From the NCBI RefSeq assembly GCF_001194135.2, contig NC_068988.1, forward strand, positions 83,081,066 to 83,115,450: a stretch of 34,385 bases of DNA. Direction: 5' to 3'. Within the stretch, counting starts at the first letter, position 1. Each line of letters begins with the position of its first letter. The notes beneath the pieces were generated by a model. The model ran no database searches. It was not told the origin of the DNA and saw only the letters and a list, made by a program, of their open reading frames with translations. Source of the stretch: Octopus bimaculoides. Its lineage: Eukaryota. Made by a program: the position numbers and the translations under genes. Below, piece after piece: positions 22,080 through 34,385 of this stretch.

Positions 22080-22143
22080 ATAAGAGTGAAAAAACTACAG
22101 AAGGCTTGTGTTACATGGTTAAAGTATATATTTAAATTATGTC

Positions 22144-22182
22144 AGAAAAATGTTAGAAAAATGTTAGAAAAATGTTAGAAAA
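22144..22182. repeat. 12-bp tandem repeat AGAAAAATGTT-type, about 3 copies
   Basis: Direct reading. Confidence 0.8.
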
Positions 22183-22761
22183 TCTTTTTGGTATATAAAC
22201 ATTGTATTTTGAGAAATAANNNNNNNNNNNNNNNNNNNNNNNNNNNNNNNNNNNNNNNNNNNNNNNNNNNNNNNNNNNNNNNNNNNNNNNNNNNNNNNNN
22301 NNNNNNNNNNNNNNNNNNNNNNNNNNNNNNNNNNNNNNNNNNNNNNNNNNNNNNNNNNNNNNNNNNNNNNNNNNNNNNNNNNNNNNNNNNNNNNNNNNNN
22401 NNNNNNNNNNNNNNNNNNNNNNNNNNNNNNNNNNNNNNNNNNNNNNNNNNNNNNNNNNNNNNNNNNNNNNNNNNNNNNNNNNNNNNNNNNNNNNNNNNNN
22501 NNNNNNNNNNNNNNNNNNNNNNNNNNNNNNNNNNNNNNNNNNNNNNNNNNNNNNNNNNNNNNNNNNNNNNNNNNNNNNNNNNNNNNNNNNNNNNNNNNNN
22601 NNNNNNNNNNNNNNNNNNNNNNNNNNNNNNNNNNNNNNNNNNNNNNNNNNNNNNNNNNNNNNNNNNNNNNNNNNNNNNNNNNNNNNNNNNNNNNNNNNNN
22701 NNNNNNNNNNNNNNNNNNNNNNNNNNNNNNNNNNNNNNNNNNNNNNNNNNNNNNNNNNNNN

Positions 22762-22813
<52 letters not shown>
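22762..22813. repeat. (GA)n microsatellite
   Basis: Direct reading, next to a gap. Confidence 0.95.
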
Positions 22814-22820
<7 letters not shown>

Positions 22821-24815
22821 CTCTTCAACTAAACGGCTGAATATTACACGTACAAAGAAAGTGCTTGGAAAACAGCAACAACAGACAAGCATACAGACCC
22901 AACAACAACCAAAACAAAAACAGTACTAATTGCATACACAATTCCACCCACAACAACAAATTGCTCCAACATCCAACTTTGTGCTGGTAAGAAGAAAAAA
23001 AAAGAACTGCCATGTTACATAAAAACATAGCACTAAGTGGAGATATAGGGACAGAGGGTAGGCTTTCAACAAAAGAAGCGGTGATAGTCCCAAAGGACCT
23101 CAAACTGGCAAGGATATCAATAAACAGATAAAGAGAAATGAGAGAAAGCTTACCACATGACGCCGGGAACCCATGTCTCATGGTCTCACACAAGTTACAT
23201 CAAGACCTCTTCATGGAACCTCACACAGAAAAGGATTTTTGAGAGACCCAATCACTTACAAGTAAATTAAGACAGGTAACTTCTTATCTTCTTCCCATCG
23301 TTCCTCATAACATGGCAGCTTTAAGAGTGGGTTGTATAAATGAATATAGCCTGTAGTCACCTTGAAAGTAGGGGTGCCAACTCAATAAATTCAGGATTTA
23401 ATAGCTATCAGGAAGACCAGAATATCCGACACATTCTAACGGCTATTTTCGATGACTTTGAGATCAACGCATCTTTTATCCAAACAGGAGGAGTAGCAGT
23501 GTTGTTTCGGAAAGGCCAGGGTCTTGAGACACGGTTGATCTTCCTGGACCCGAACAGTAAGTTAATGGTCCTGGATGTGAGCAGTAGCAAAGGGAGGTAC
23601 CTTCAGACTAGGAGCTGTCTGTGCCCTGGCAAGGGCGGAGTCATCAGATTTCTTCAGGTGTCTATAGGTTTTGCTCGGGACGTTCCGCTTTTTATGTTAG
23701 TTGGTGATTAGAATGCCAACTTAGATGCACATCTACATTGTGTACGGATGGTAGCCAATAAAGGGTGGTGGGACAAAAGCGTCAGGAACCTTCTCAGTCG
23801 TATCCGACTATCTTATAGCTACCGATGGGATTTCCCGAATGCGCCAATATGGACATCGGCAAACTGCATCGGATCGTCTAGATCGTATCTAGATAGATTA
23901 TTCTGAGGTCATTAAGTATGGATAACATCATTTGTTCACGCGTCTATTTAGTCGGCTACATAGATCACAAATTTGTGATTTGTACAGTTGACCTAGACAG
24001 ATTGCATAGGCAGGACCTGGTTACTAGAAAGTGAATGAGTCTTTCCTAGCGCACAAAGTTTACAGAGACCAGATTAGAGATCTAGTTAGGCGGACGATGA
24101 CGTGAACATTCGTCACCAAGTGATGGGGGTTAACCCTGGAAAGGTTGGTTACATTAGAGTCGACAAGGATTAGTAAGGAAATAGCAACTGAGAATTCTAG
24201 ACTAGAGGGAGAGCTAACTGGGAACCTAGAAGAGGCGCTTAAGAAAAGTACTGCGAGTGACGTGCTGGCAGAGCTTTGGCCCTTGACTAATTCTTTAACG
24301 CTGTGGTGTCAGGGCTAGGGCGAGTGCTCTAAGACATGGGGGAAGGAAAGCCGTTCGGTGGGCTCGGCTAGCGGAGGCGCAACATGGCAACAAATCCACA
24401 ATTCAGTCTTTGACGGATCGGGAGGGGCACAAACGACACGAGTCCAAGTAAATGTGTTCGGTTTTACAGAATCACTTCGTTCAACTGTTTTGGGTAGACA
24501 GGGGACCGAAGATAAAGATAGTCTTTACTGCCTAATTCGATGGCCTGCCGCAGCTCCCAGATGAGGATGTAGAATTTTACGAAAGGCCGATAACAGCTGA
24601 CGAAATATGGAAAGTGATGGCTAGTTGCATGTGAGCGTTGAGCTGATCCAAGATTTGCGGGTTCTTTGATTACCCATGGTTATTACTACTTTTCTGTTGG
24701 GGAATATTGCTGTTATAGATTTGTTTTTATTGTTTACACGTGTCTATGTAAATTCCTACTGACTTTTGTTTTTGTATTATCCTAAATGTTCTCGGTCCTC
24801 GTGGAAAATAAAAGA
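22814..24815 (+). mobile_element. L1/Tx1-clade LINE: ORF1 tail, APE endonuclease and linker, then deletion to a probable 3' end
   Basis: ORF2 start MAALRVGCIN at 23312; GGVAVLFRKG..LIFLDPNSKLMVLDV; linker ends PITADEIWKVMASC; AATAAA near 24807 before (TTA)n. Confidence 0.75.
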
Positions 24816-24819
24816 ATTT

Positions 24820-26882
<2,063 letters not shown>

Positions 26883-26887
26883 CATTA

Positions 26888-27247
26888 TTATTACCTCCGA
26901 GTTAGCGAAAGCGGGGGTATTGTTTTCAGTTGTGTTTGCTTATTTGTTTGTCCTTGGACAAGATATCTCAAGAACCGCTGGATGGATTCGGATGAAACTT
27001 TCAGAGATGTTTGGCCTCGTGACTGGCACGAACTGATTAGATTTTGAGATTGATCCGTTACCGGACAAGGATTCTGAATTATTTTTCCTGTTTTTTCACT
27101 TAATTTTTGAGAGCGGTCGGGTTCATTTTTAGTATTCTTGTTTGTGAGTGCAGTCGAGTTTATTTCAGATATTCTCATTTTAAAAAGCATCGTTGAGAGG
27201 AGGTTGGCGTTGCCTTGGTGGAGGTTTGCGCTCTCTGAGTGCTCTTG

Positions 27248-27249
<2 letters not shown>
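26888..27249 (+). mobile_element. Helentron-like non-autonomous element (HINE/DINE-1 architecture)
   Basis: 5' TTACCTCC..GTTTG repeats..GGATGAAACTTTCAG..GATCCG; 3' CCTTGGTGGAGGT sub-TIR plus GCGCTC-TCT-GAGTGC hairpin; sits in TT/(TTA)n. Confidence 0.7.
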
Positions 27250-27309
<60 letters not shown>

Positions 27310-27324
27310 GTTATTATTATTATT
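27250..27324. repeat. (TTA)n microsatellite
   Basis: Direct reading; tail of the next R4 element. Confidence 0.95.
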
Positions 27325-28135
27325 CATATGCACTCAACAGATTAGACTTGGAAAAGAATTCTAATTTCGGGCTACAACAGGTAGCCTTAGATGTCAAGAA
27401 CCCTCCTAAGTATCCTAACTGTCCCTAATAACACTGTTTTCTGCAGCTGCACTAAACTGATTTTTATGCTTATTTCCTCTATCCATCTGTTCAGATCTTT
27501 AGGGATAGTTCCTAATGCACCTATAACTTCTGGGATACATTTTACCCGCACTGTGATTCTAGCAGCTTTTAATAAACTTTCTTTACTATTACCAATATAG
27601 CTAACTCCACACAGTCTTCTACTGATATTAACCCTTTTCCACTTTCCTTTCTAAGTAAGTATAATCTTGCTACTCTTGCCCTTGGGTGGAGTCCTCCATT
27701 CATATTGAATTCNNNNNNNNNNAAAGCTGCTGAGTATCTAAGTAATGATACTTCCCAAGTATTTACAGCTTTCACTAGATTTGGACCATTTAACTTTGAC
27801 TTTATTAGCTTTCTCACCCTTCTAATGTACTCCTTCTCAATTCTCGTTTTCATTTCTGTAGTTAGTACTCTGTCAGATTCTAATACTCTAAGATACTTAT
27901 AACTCTCTCCTCCTTTCAATGATTATAATGTCTGGCCATTCGGTAATTGGTTGCCTTCGCTGTTGACTACCTGTCTCCTTCTCATGACTAATATTGCACA
28001 CTTATCTATGCCAAATTTTATGCCTATACATTTGCTGAAGAGTCTTACAGTCTGTATTAAGGAATCTATCTCTTTTTCATGCTTACTAAAAAGCTTCCGA
28101 TCATCCATGTAAATGGTTAATTTTTTCATTACTAT
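27325..28135 (-). mobile_element. R4/Dong-type LINE fragment with internal deletion
   Basis: YMDDRKLF..KFGIDKCAIL..SYKYLRVLE..LRYSA..RLYLLRKESGKGLIS..KESLLKAARI jumps at about 27555 to VRVKCIPEVIGALG..LGTVRILRRVLDI*. Confidence 0.85.
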
Positions 28136-28192
28136 TTCTGAACTGATACCCCGCCTTTGCCTTCCTTAATACTAAACTGAGGGGGAATTATT

Positions 28193-28405
28193 AAGGTGGC
28201 GAGCTCACAGAATCGTTAGCACGCCGGGAAAAATGCTTAGCAGCATTTCATCAGTCCTTTTGTTCTGAGTTTAAATTTCATCGAGGTCGACTTTGCCTTT
28301 CATCCTTTCAAGGTCGATAAAAATAAGTATCAACTGAGTACTAGGGTCGATGTAATCAACTTACCCCTACCCCGAATTTGCTGGCCTTGAGCCAAAATTT
28401 GAACC
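28193..28405 (+). mobile_element. SINE family A copy, alternative 3' tail
   Basis: AAGGTGGCGAGCT head and GTCGACTTTGCCTTTCATCC core as at 8322-8554. Confidence 0.85.
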
Positions 28406-28465
28406 CACTATTGTTGTTGTTGTTGTGGTCGTTATCGTCATCATCGGCATTATTATTATTATTAT

Positions 28466-29355
28466 TTCCATTTTACTTCTCAGAGCTCTCGATTTTACTC
28501 GCTCCGGTTAATTCTGTAAGAGCGGACAACAGCCTGTTGTCAAAGGTCTCACTGGGTCTCTTTCCACACCAAGTACCCATCGCAAAATCCTCACTGTCCC
28601 AAGCAGAGCAGTTTTCTGAGTATGTTCTCCCCTCGTGTCAATTCCAGTTTCTCCAACATATTTCCCAAACTAGGTTATTAGTGCTCCCAGAGCCTCTGCA
28701 ACTGCTGGGATAGCAATTACTCTCTTCATTGCATAAATTCGTGCAATTTTGTCTTTTAGTAGTTTGTATTTTTCAACCTTTTCCAACTCTTTGTCACCTA
28801 CGCGTGCGTTCCCATGTATGGCCAGTATCTATGACCTTAGTTTCTTTCTTCCTTTTATCCACTACAACAATGTCTGGTCTCCGATTCACTATTGTCGGTG
28901 ACGCCTTCTGGTTTATGTTCGTACTATTTCTGTGTTCTTTCAAAACTATACTTCTCATACAATCTCCAGTGAACAAACTTTGCCACGTCATCGTGTCTCC
29001 TTTTGTATTCCTTTCTGGCCAGTTGGATACACTCACTCACAATATGTGAGATTGTTTCGATTTTGTTGCTACATATCCTACAAAGGAGCGATTCACTGAA
29101 ACTTGGTGTAATTAGTTTTCAGAGCTTATTCTTGAGTGTTGCATATCAATGTCTCAGTGCATCCTTTCAGATTACTTTTCCTTAGCCACCTCCAAGTGTT
29201 GGTCTTGTCTTTCCATTTAATTTCTCTGAGGTATCGCCCATGCACCGTTTTAATTTTCCTATTGTTTAATTTTTGTTTTCCATCTTGTTTCTTAAATGTT
29301 TTTTCAGGTGTCACGTTTTCATTAGGTATCGTGTTATCATTATTATTTTTGCTTT
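28466..29355 (-). mobile_element. R4/Dong-type LINE 3' fragment (RLE domain)
   Basis: VHGRYLREI..TWRWLRKSNLKGCTETLICNTQE..RRHDDVAKFVHW..NRRPDIVVVDK..; ends on an (ATT)n-like tract at 28450-28465. Confidence 0.8.
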
Positions 29356-29461
29356 TCATCCTTTCGGCGTCGATGAAATAAGTACCAGTTGAGTATTGGG
29401 GTCGATGTAACCGACGAGCCCCTTCTCTAAAATTTCAGCCCTTGTGCCTATAGCAGAAAGG

Positions 29462-29492
<31 letters not shown>
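29350..29492 (+). mobile_element. SINE family A 3' fragment with (ATT)n tail
   Basis: TTCATCCTTTCGGCGTCGATGAAATAAGTACCAG..CTTGTGCCTATAGCAGAAAGG(ATT)n. Confidence 0.8.
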
Positions 29493-29494
<2 letters not shown>

Positions 29495-29740
29495 CATTAT
29501 TTACATTATCTACATTTGACGGATATTCGTCCTCATCTTGTTTGTTGTTAACACAACGTTTCGGCTGATATACCCTCCAGCCTTCGTCAGGTGTCTTGGG
29601 GAAATTTCGAACCTGGGTTCTCATTTCTATCGATGTTACTATTATTATTATTATTATATTATTATTATTAATCAGGTCGCTGCCGTGAATCGAACTCGGA
29701 ACCTTGGGGTTAGTAGCCCGCGCTCTTAACCACTACGCCA
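29493..29740 (-). mobile_element. tRNA-headed SINE-like element containing a minimal hammerhead ribozyme
   Basis: A box TGGCGTAGTGG (29740-29730), B box GAGTTCGATTC (29697-29687), (TAA)n linker, hammerhead 29595-29550, AATGTA(A/G)AT repeats, (TAA)n tail. Confidence 0.8.
29550..29595 (-). ncRNA. Minimal (dimer-type) hammerhead ribozyme
   Basis: GACAC-CTGACGA-A-GGCTG-GAGGGTATAT-CAGCC-GAAAC-GTT-GTGTT; stems I and II each 5 bp; AACGTT palindrome. Confidence 0.75.
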
Positions 29741-29775
<35 letters not shown>

Positions 29776-29785
29776 NNNNNNNNNN

Positions 29786-29992
29786 TCACTGAATTGTTTA
29801 ACAATCGCTAGTAGGCCTTTGAGTTGTTGGTCATTTTTTGCAAAGAGCTTTAAATCATCCATGTAAATGAGATGATTTATATTTTTATCAAATATTTTAT
29901 AACCATACTGTGCATCATTGAGCAATTTTGAGAGCGGTATTAGGGCTAGACAGAAGAGGAGTGGTGATAGTGAGTCACCCTGGAAAATGCCA

Positions 29993-29994
<2 letters not shown>
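29786..29994 (-). mobile_element. R4/Dong-type RT fragment (motifs 4-5)
   Basis: CGIFQGDSLSPLLFCLALIPLSKLL..NHLIYMDDLKLFAK; begins directly after (AAT)n. Confidence 0.85.
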
Positions 29995-30035
<41 letters not shown>

Positions 30036-30038
<3 letters not shown>

Positions 30039-30254
30039 TAGTTTTATTTTTATAGCGTGCTTTCACTTCACTACCGAGCGCAGCTCTGTGTGCCTTGGGT
30101 ATGTGATGTGGCTTGCTGTGATGCTCTGATTGATTTGCTGTAACATTTATATCCGCATCCAGTTCTATTTAGCATGTCAGATAAAGGTGTCAGTGCCAAG
30201 CAGAAAAGGGGTGGAGAGAGCGTATCTCCCTGGAATATTCCTCTACTAATGGGG
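30036..30254 (-). mobile_element. R4/Dong mini-derivative: RT motif 4 fused to a probable 3' UTR between (TAA)n tracts
   Basis: PISRGIFQGDTLSPPLFCLALTPLSDML..GYKCYSKS, then non-RT sequence ending ..AAAATAAAACTACTG(AAT)n. Confidence 0.7.
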
Positions 30255-30311
<57 letters not shown>

Positions 30312-30312
30312 A

Positions 30313-30485
30313 ATAAGGCGGTGAACTGGCGAATAGTTAAAGCGACAGACAAAATGCTTTGCCGAGATCAACTTAGCGTTTCATCTTTACAAGTCGATAA
30401 AATAAAGTACCAATGAAGTACTTGGGACGATGCGATTGACTTGAAACCTCATCTCTAAATTTCTGATCTTGTATCAAAATTTAAA
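30313..30485 (+). mobile_element. SINE family A, diverged with internal deletion
   Basis: AAGGCGGTGAACTGGC head; TTTCATCTTTACAAGTCGATAAAATAAAGTACCA core. Confidence 0.7.
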
Positions 30486-30723
30486 ATCCTACAAGTATCA
30501 AACATTTAACTTTTTGTCTTGCTGTGCCTTTACGTTACCCTTACATGCCTTGTCATATCTCTACACGCAAACTTTGCATTTCTTACTACCCTTCTCCCCA
30601 CTCATTTAGGCTCCCTCTATCCATTCACAGTTCTCGAGCATCATAGAGAAGTGTTTCCACCACCATCATACCCAATCACAAATCTATCCATCTCCTTCTA
30701 TCCTATCACAACAAGTAATATAT

Positions 30724-31335
30724 TATTTCTTTACTACCCACAAGGGGCTACACACAGAGGGGACAAACAAAGACAGACAAACGGATTAAGTCGATTATAT
30801 CGACCCCAGTGCGTAACTGGTACTTATTTAATCGACCCCGAAAGGATGAAAGGCAAAGTCGACCTCGACGGAATTTGAACTCAGAACGTAGCGGCAGACG
30901 AAATACCTATTTCGTTATTGCCCACAAGGGGCTAAACATAGAGGGAACAAACAAGAACAGACGAACGGATTAAGTCGATTACATCGACCCCAGTGCGTAA
31001 CTGGTACTTATTTAATCGACCCCGAAAGGATGAAANNNNNNNNNNCATACCCAATCACAAATCTATCCATCTCCTTCTATCCTATCACAACAAGTAATAT
31101 ATTATTTCTTTACTACCCACAAGGGGCTACACACAGAGGGGACAAACAAAGACAGACAAACGGATTAAGTCGATTATATCGACCCCAGTGCGTAACTGGT
31201 ACTTATTTAATCGACCCCGAAAGGATGAAAGGCAAAGTCGACCTCGGCTGAATTTGAACTCAGAACGTAGCGGCAGACGAAATACCGTTAAGCATTTCGC
31301 CCGGCGTGCTAACGTTTCTGCCAGCTCGCCGCCTT
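30724..31335 (-). mobile_element. Cluster of three SINE family A copies/partials (30724-30907, 30908-31035, 31103-31335)
   Basis: Near-identical to 8322-8554; 30667-30867 is repeated exactly at 31046-31246 across a 10-N gap. Confidence 0.85.
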
Positions 31336-31337
31336 GT

Positions 31338-31385
31338 AATATATCCACCCAAGTAATATATCCACCCGTAATATATCCAGCTGTG
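31338..31385. repeat. Short tandem repeat AATATATCCACCC.., about 3 copies
   Basis: Direct reading. Confidence 0.75.
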
Positions 31386-31542
31386 TCAATTCCATCATAT
31401 GCAACTATATGCATGAGAATACATACATAAAACATACAAATCTGCACATACATACATACATACATACATACATACGTACGTACGTACATACATACATACA
31501 TACATACACACACATACACACACCCATACATACATACATACA

Positions 31543-31576
<34 letters not shown>

Positions 31577-31732
31577 CAGAAATACCTTGTTGTTGATGTT
31601 GAAATTTCAATGAAGTAGCCTTGGATCTAGGTTAGAAACCGGCTCTTTCTCTATTGGCAAGAAATCTTGAAATAAACTGAATAATGACATACATACATAC
31701 ATGCATGCATGCATACATACATACATATAATG

Positions 31733-31947
31733 CTTTCTAGTATAGGCACTAGGCCTGAAATTTGGGGGGAGGAGGATAGCCGATTACATCGAGCCCAGCG
31801 CTCGACTGGTACTTATTTCGTCATCTTCGAAAGGTTGAAAGACAAAGTCGATATCGGGCGACATTTGACCTCAGAACCTAAAGACGGACGACCTGTCGCT
31901 AAGCGTTTTGCCCGGCGTGCTAAGCATTTTGCCAGCTCGCCGCCTTA
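31733..31947 (-). mobile_element. SINE family A, diverged full-length copy
   Basis: AAGGCGGCGAGCTGGC head, core, and GGCCTAGTGCCTATACTAGAAAG tail. Confidence 0.8.
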
Positions 31948-32006
31948 TAACATAAATATAATATAATACAATATAATACGTGCCTATGTACATAGGCATG
32001 TATGTA

Positions 32007-32460
<454 letters not shown>

Positions 32461-32496
32461 AAGAATACATACATACATGCATAAAGACAACAGACG

Positions 32497-32572
<76 letters not shown>

Positions 32573-32639
32573 TATTGAGTGCATTGTTAATAAAACGAAA
32601 TCAATGAATATGAGGGGTGTCAACGAAATGAAAAGCAAA

Positions 32640-32670
<31 letters not shown>
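32497..32670. repeat. (GATA)n and (AAAT)n microsatellites
   Basis: Direct reading. Confidence 0.9.
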
Positions 32671-33069
32671 AGGAGTCGACTTACTGTCATTGAATCCTCG
32701 ATCCCCTGTAATTTGACAGAGAAGGTTCGAATAATTAAAATTCTCCATTCCACGGGATTAGAAATAGTTTAAGAGAATTGTTAGAAATACAGCAGAACGT
32801 TTACATGTAACGGTAGCATTCACTATCATTGTACCGACCGCTGTCATTGTATATAACCGAATGCATGTGAAAGTGTGTACGTTTATATATATATACATCT
32901 ATATATTAAGTGCGTGTATATACGTGAGATTCAACGTCTCTGACATCGCTTGGTTACCATTATCATGTTTGCTTGTTGTCTAGAATGTCAAGCACATCTC
33001 TTTTCTTCTATAACTGACTAACAATCGTGTTTTCTGATTAAACTTTTCTCATATAGCATCGTGTGGCAT

Positions 33070-33150
33070 TCCTCCACCTCTTCCTCCTCCTCCACCTCCT
33101 CCTCCTTTTCCTCCACCTCCTCCTCCTTTTCCTCCACCACCTCCTCCTCC
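33070..33150. repeat. Imperfect (CCT)n tract
   Basis: Direct reading; source of the poly-E/poly-S pseudo-ORFs. Confidence 0.9.
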
Positions 33151-33313
33151 ATGCATATGCGTGTGTACACCTTTATACATACATACGGAAAGATACGCAC
33201 ACACACACGCGCACACACACACACACACACACACAAACAGACACACACACATAGATTTACCTCCATGTGTATACGAAGACTACATACATACATACATACA
33301 TACATATATACAT

Positions 33314-33688
33314 ACATTGTTGGCACTCCGTCGCTTACGGCGACGACGGTTCCAGTTGATCCGATCAAACGGAACAGCCTGCTCGTGAAATTAACATGCA
33401 AGTGGCTGAGCACTCCACAGACACGTGTACCCTTAACGTAGTTCTCGGGGTTATTCAGCGTGACAAGACTGATCCTTTGAAATACAGGTGCAACAGAAAC
33501 AGGAAGAAAGAGTGAGATAAAGTTGTGGTGAAAAAGTACTGCAGGGCTCGCCACCATCCCCTGCCGGAGCCTCGTGGAGCTTTAGGTGTTTTCGCTCATT
33601 AAACACTCACAACGCCCGGTCTGAGAACCGAAACCGCGATCCTATGACCGCGAGTCCGCTGCCCTAACCACTGAGACATTGCGCCTCC
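33314..33688 (-). mobile_element. tRNA-derived SINE family C
   Basis: GGAGGCGCAATGTCTCAGTGGTTAGGGCAGCGGACTCGCGG..GGTTTCGGTTCTC head; the tRNA-Arg-like look is consistent with published octopus OR-type SINEs (unverified). Confidence 0.75.
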
Positions 33689-34270
33689 ACACATACATAC
33701 ATACATATACGTGCGTATGTGGATGGATGGATGGATGGATGGATGGATGGGTGGATGGATGGACGGATGGATGAATAGATGGATGGATGACCACACAGAG
33801 TGGTTCACAGGTAGACAGCCGAACTGACAGTTTCATGGAAAGTCATAAAATAGAAGGATGGATAGATGAATGGGGAGATATGTGCATGTGCGTGTATGTT
33901 TGCGTGAATGTTTCGATGCATGTGTATATGCATGCGTATATGAGCATGTATCAATTTATATGTAAGTGCATATGACTGTGCGAACTTTTGCAGTTTGTGT
34001 TTATATATACTTGTCAATGTGTGTGTGTGTGTATATACATATACATATATATATATNNNNNNNNNNNNNNNNNNNNNNNNNNNNNNNNNNNNNNNNNNNN
34101 NNNNNNNNNNNNNNNNNNNNNNNNNNNNNNNNNNNNNNNNNNNNNNNNNNNNNNNNNNNNNNNNNNNNNNNNNNNNNNNNNNNNNNNNNNNNNNNNNNNN
34201 NNNNNNNNNNNNNNNNNNNNNNNNNNNNNNNNNNNNNNNNNNNNNNNNNNNNNNNNNNNNNNNNNNNNNN

Positions 34271-34385
34271 TATGTGTGTGTGTGTGTGTATGTTTGTGTG
34301 TCTGTGTTTGTCCCCCCAACCGATGGTGGTGTGTTTACGTCCCCGTAACTTAGCGAATCGGCAAAAGAGACCGATAGAATAAGAA
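34271..34385 (+). mobile_element. SINE family B 3' half (after gap)
   Basis: TTTACGTCCCCGTAACTTAGCGAATCGGCAAAAGAGACCGATAGAATAAG matches 32300-32360. Confidence 0.85.

Noticed and set aside
29675-29740. Candidate tRNA gene with ACT anticodon
   Set aside because: The 5' acceptor strand is missing and the D and anticodon stems are mismatched; it is better explained as a SINE head.
30667-31246. Exact 201-bp duplication (30667-30867 = 31046-31246)
   Set aside because: The second copy starts immediately after a 10-N gap, the typical signature of unmerged overlapping contig ends; treated as a probable assembly artefact.

Overview
Eukaryotic, AT-rich, repeat-saturated non-genic DNA from a gapped draft scaffold. 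The SINE families and microsatellite load look cephalopod (Octopus-like); this is an inference, not a database result. No intact host gene or intact transposon ORF is visible, and most entries in the ORF track are microsatellite or N-gap artefacts. The window is a nested mosaic of decayed mobile elements: R4/Dong-type RLE LINEs chained through (TAA)n arrays, L1/Tx1-type LINEs, an RTE fragment, three Penelope-like (Naiad-type) GIY-YIG fragments, several tRNA-derived SINE families, a mariner fragment, a Helentron-like element and a retropepsin remnant. Three things stand out. (1) A 1.6-kb element at 8262-9881 has CACATTG-starting TIRs, a 5-bp TSD and the C-terminus of a Transib/RAG1-like transposase with a C-x2-C-x3-G-H motif. 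(2) A tRNA-headed SINE-like element at 29493-29740 carries a minimal hammerhead ribozyme. (3) At least seven hammerhead-like motifs occur in 34 kb, one at the 3' end of a Naiad-type element. An R4 LINE with a twin-priming-type 5' inversion is also resolved at base level.
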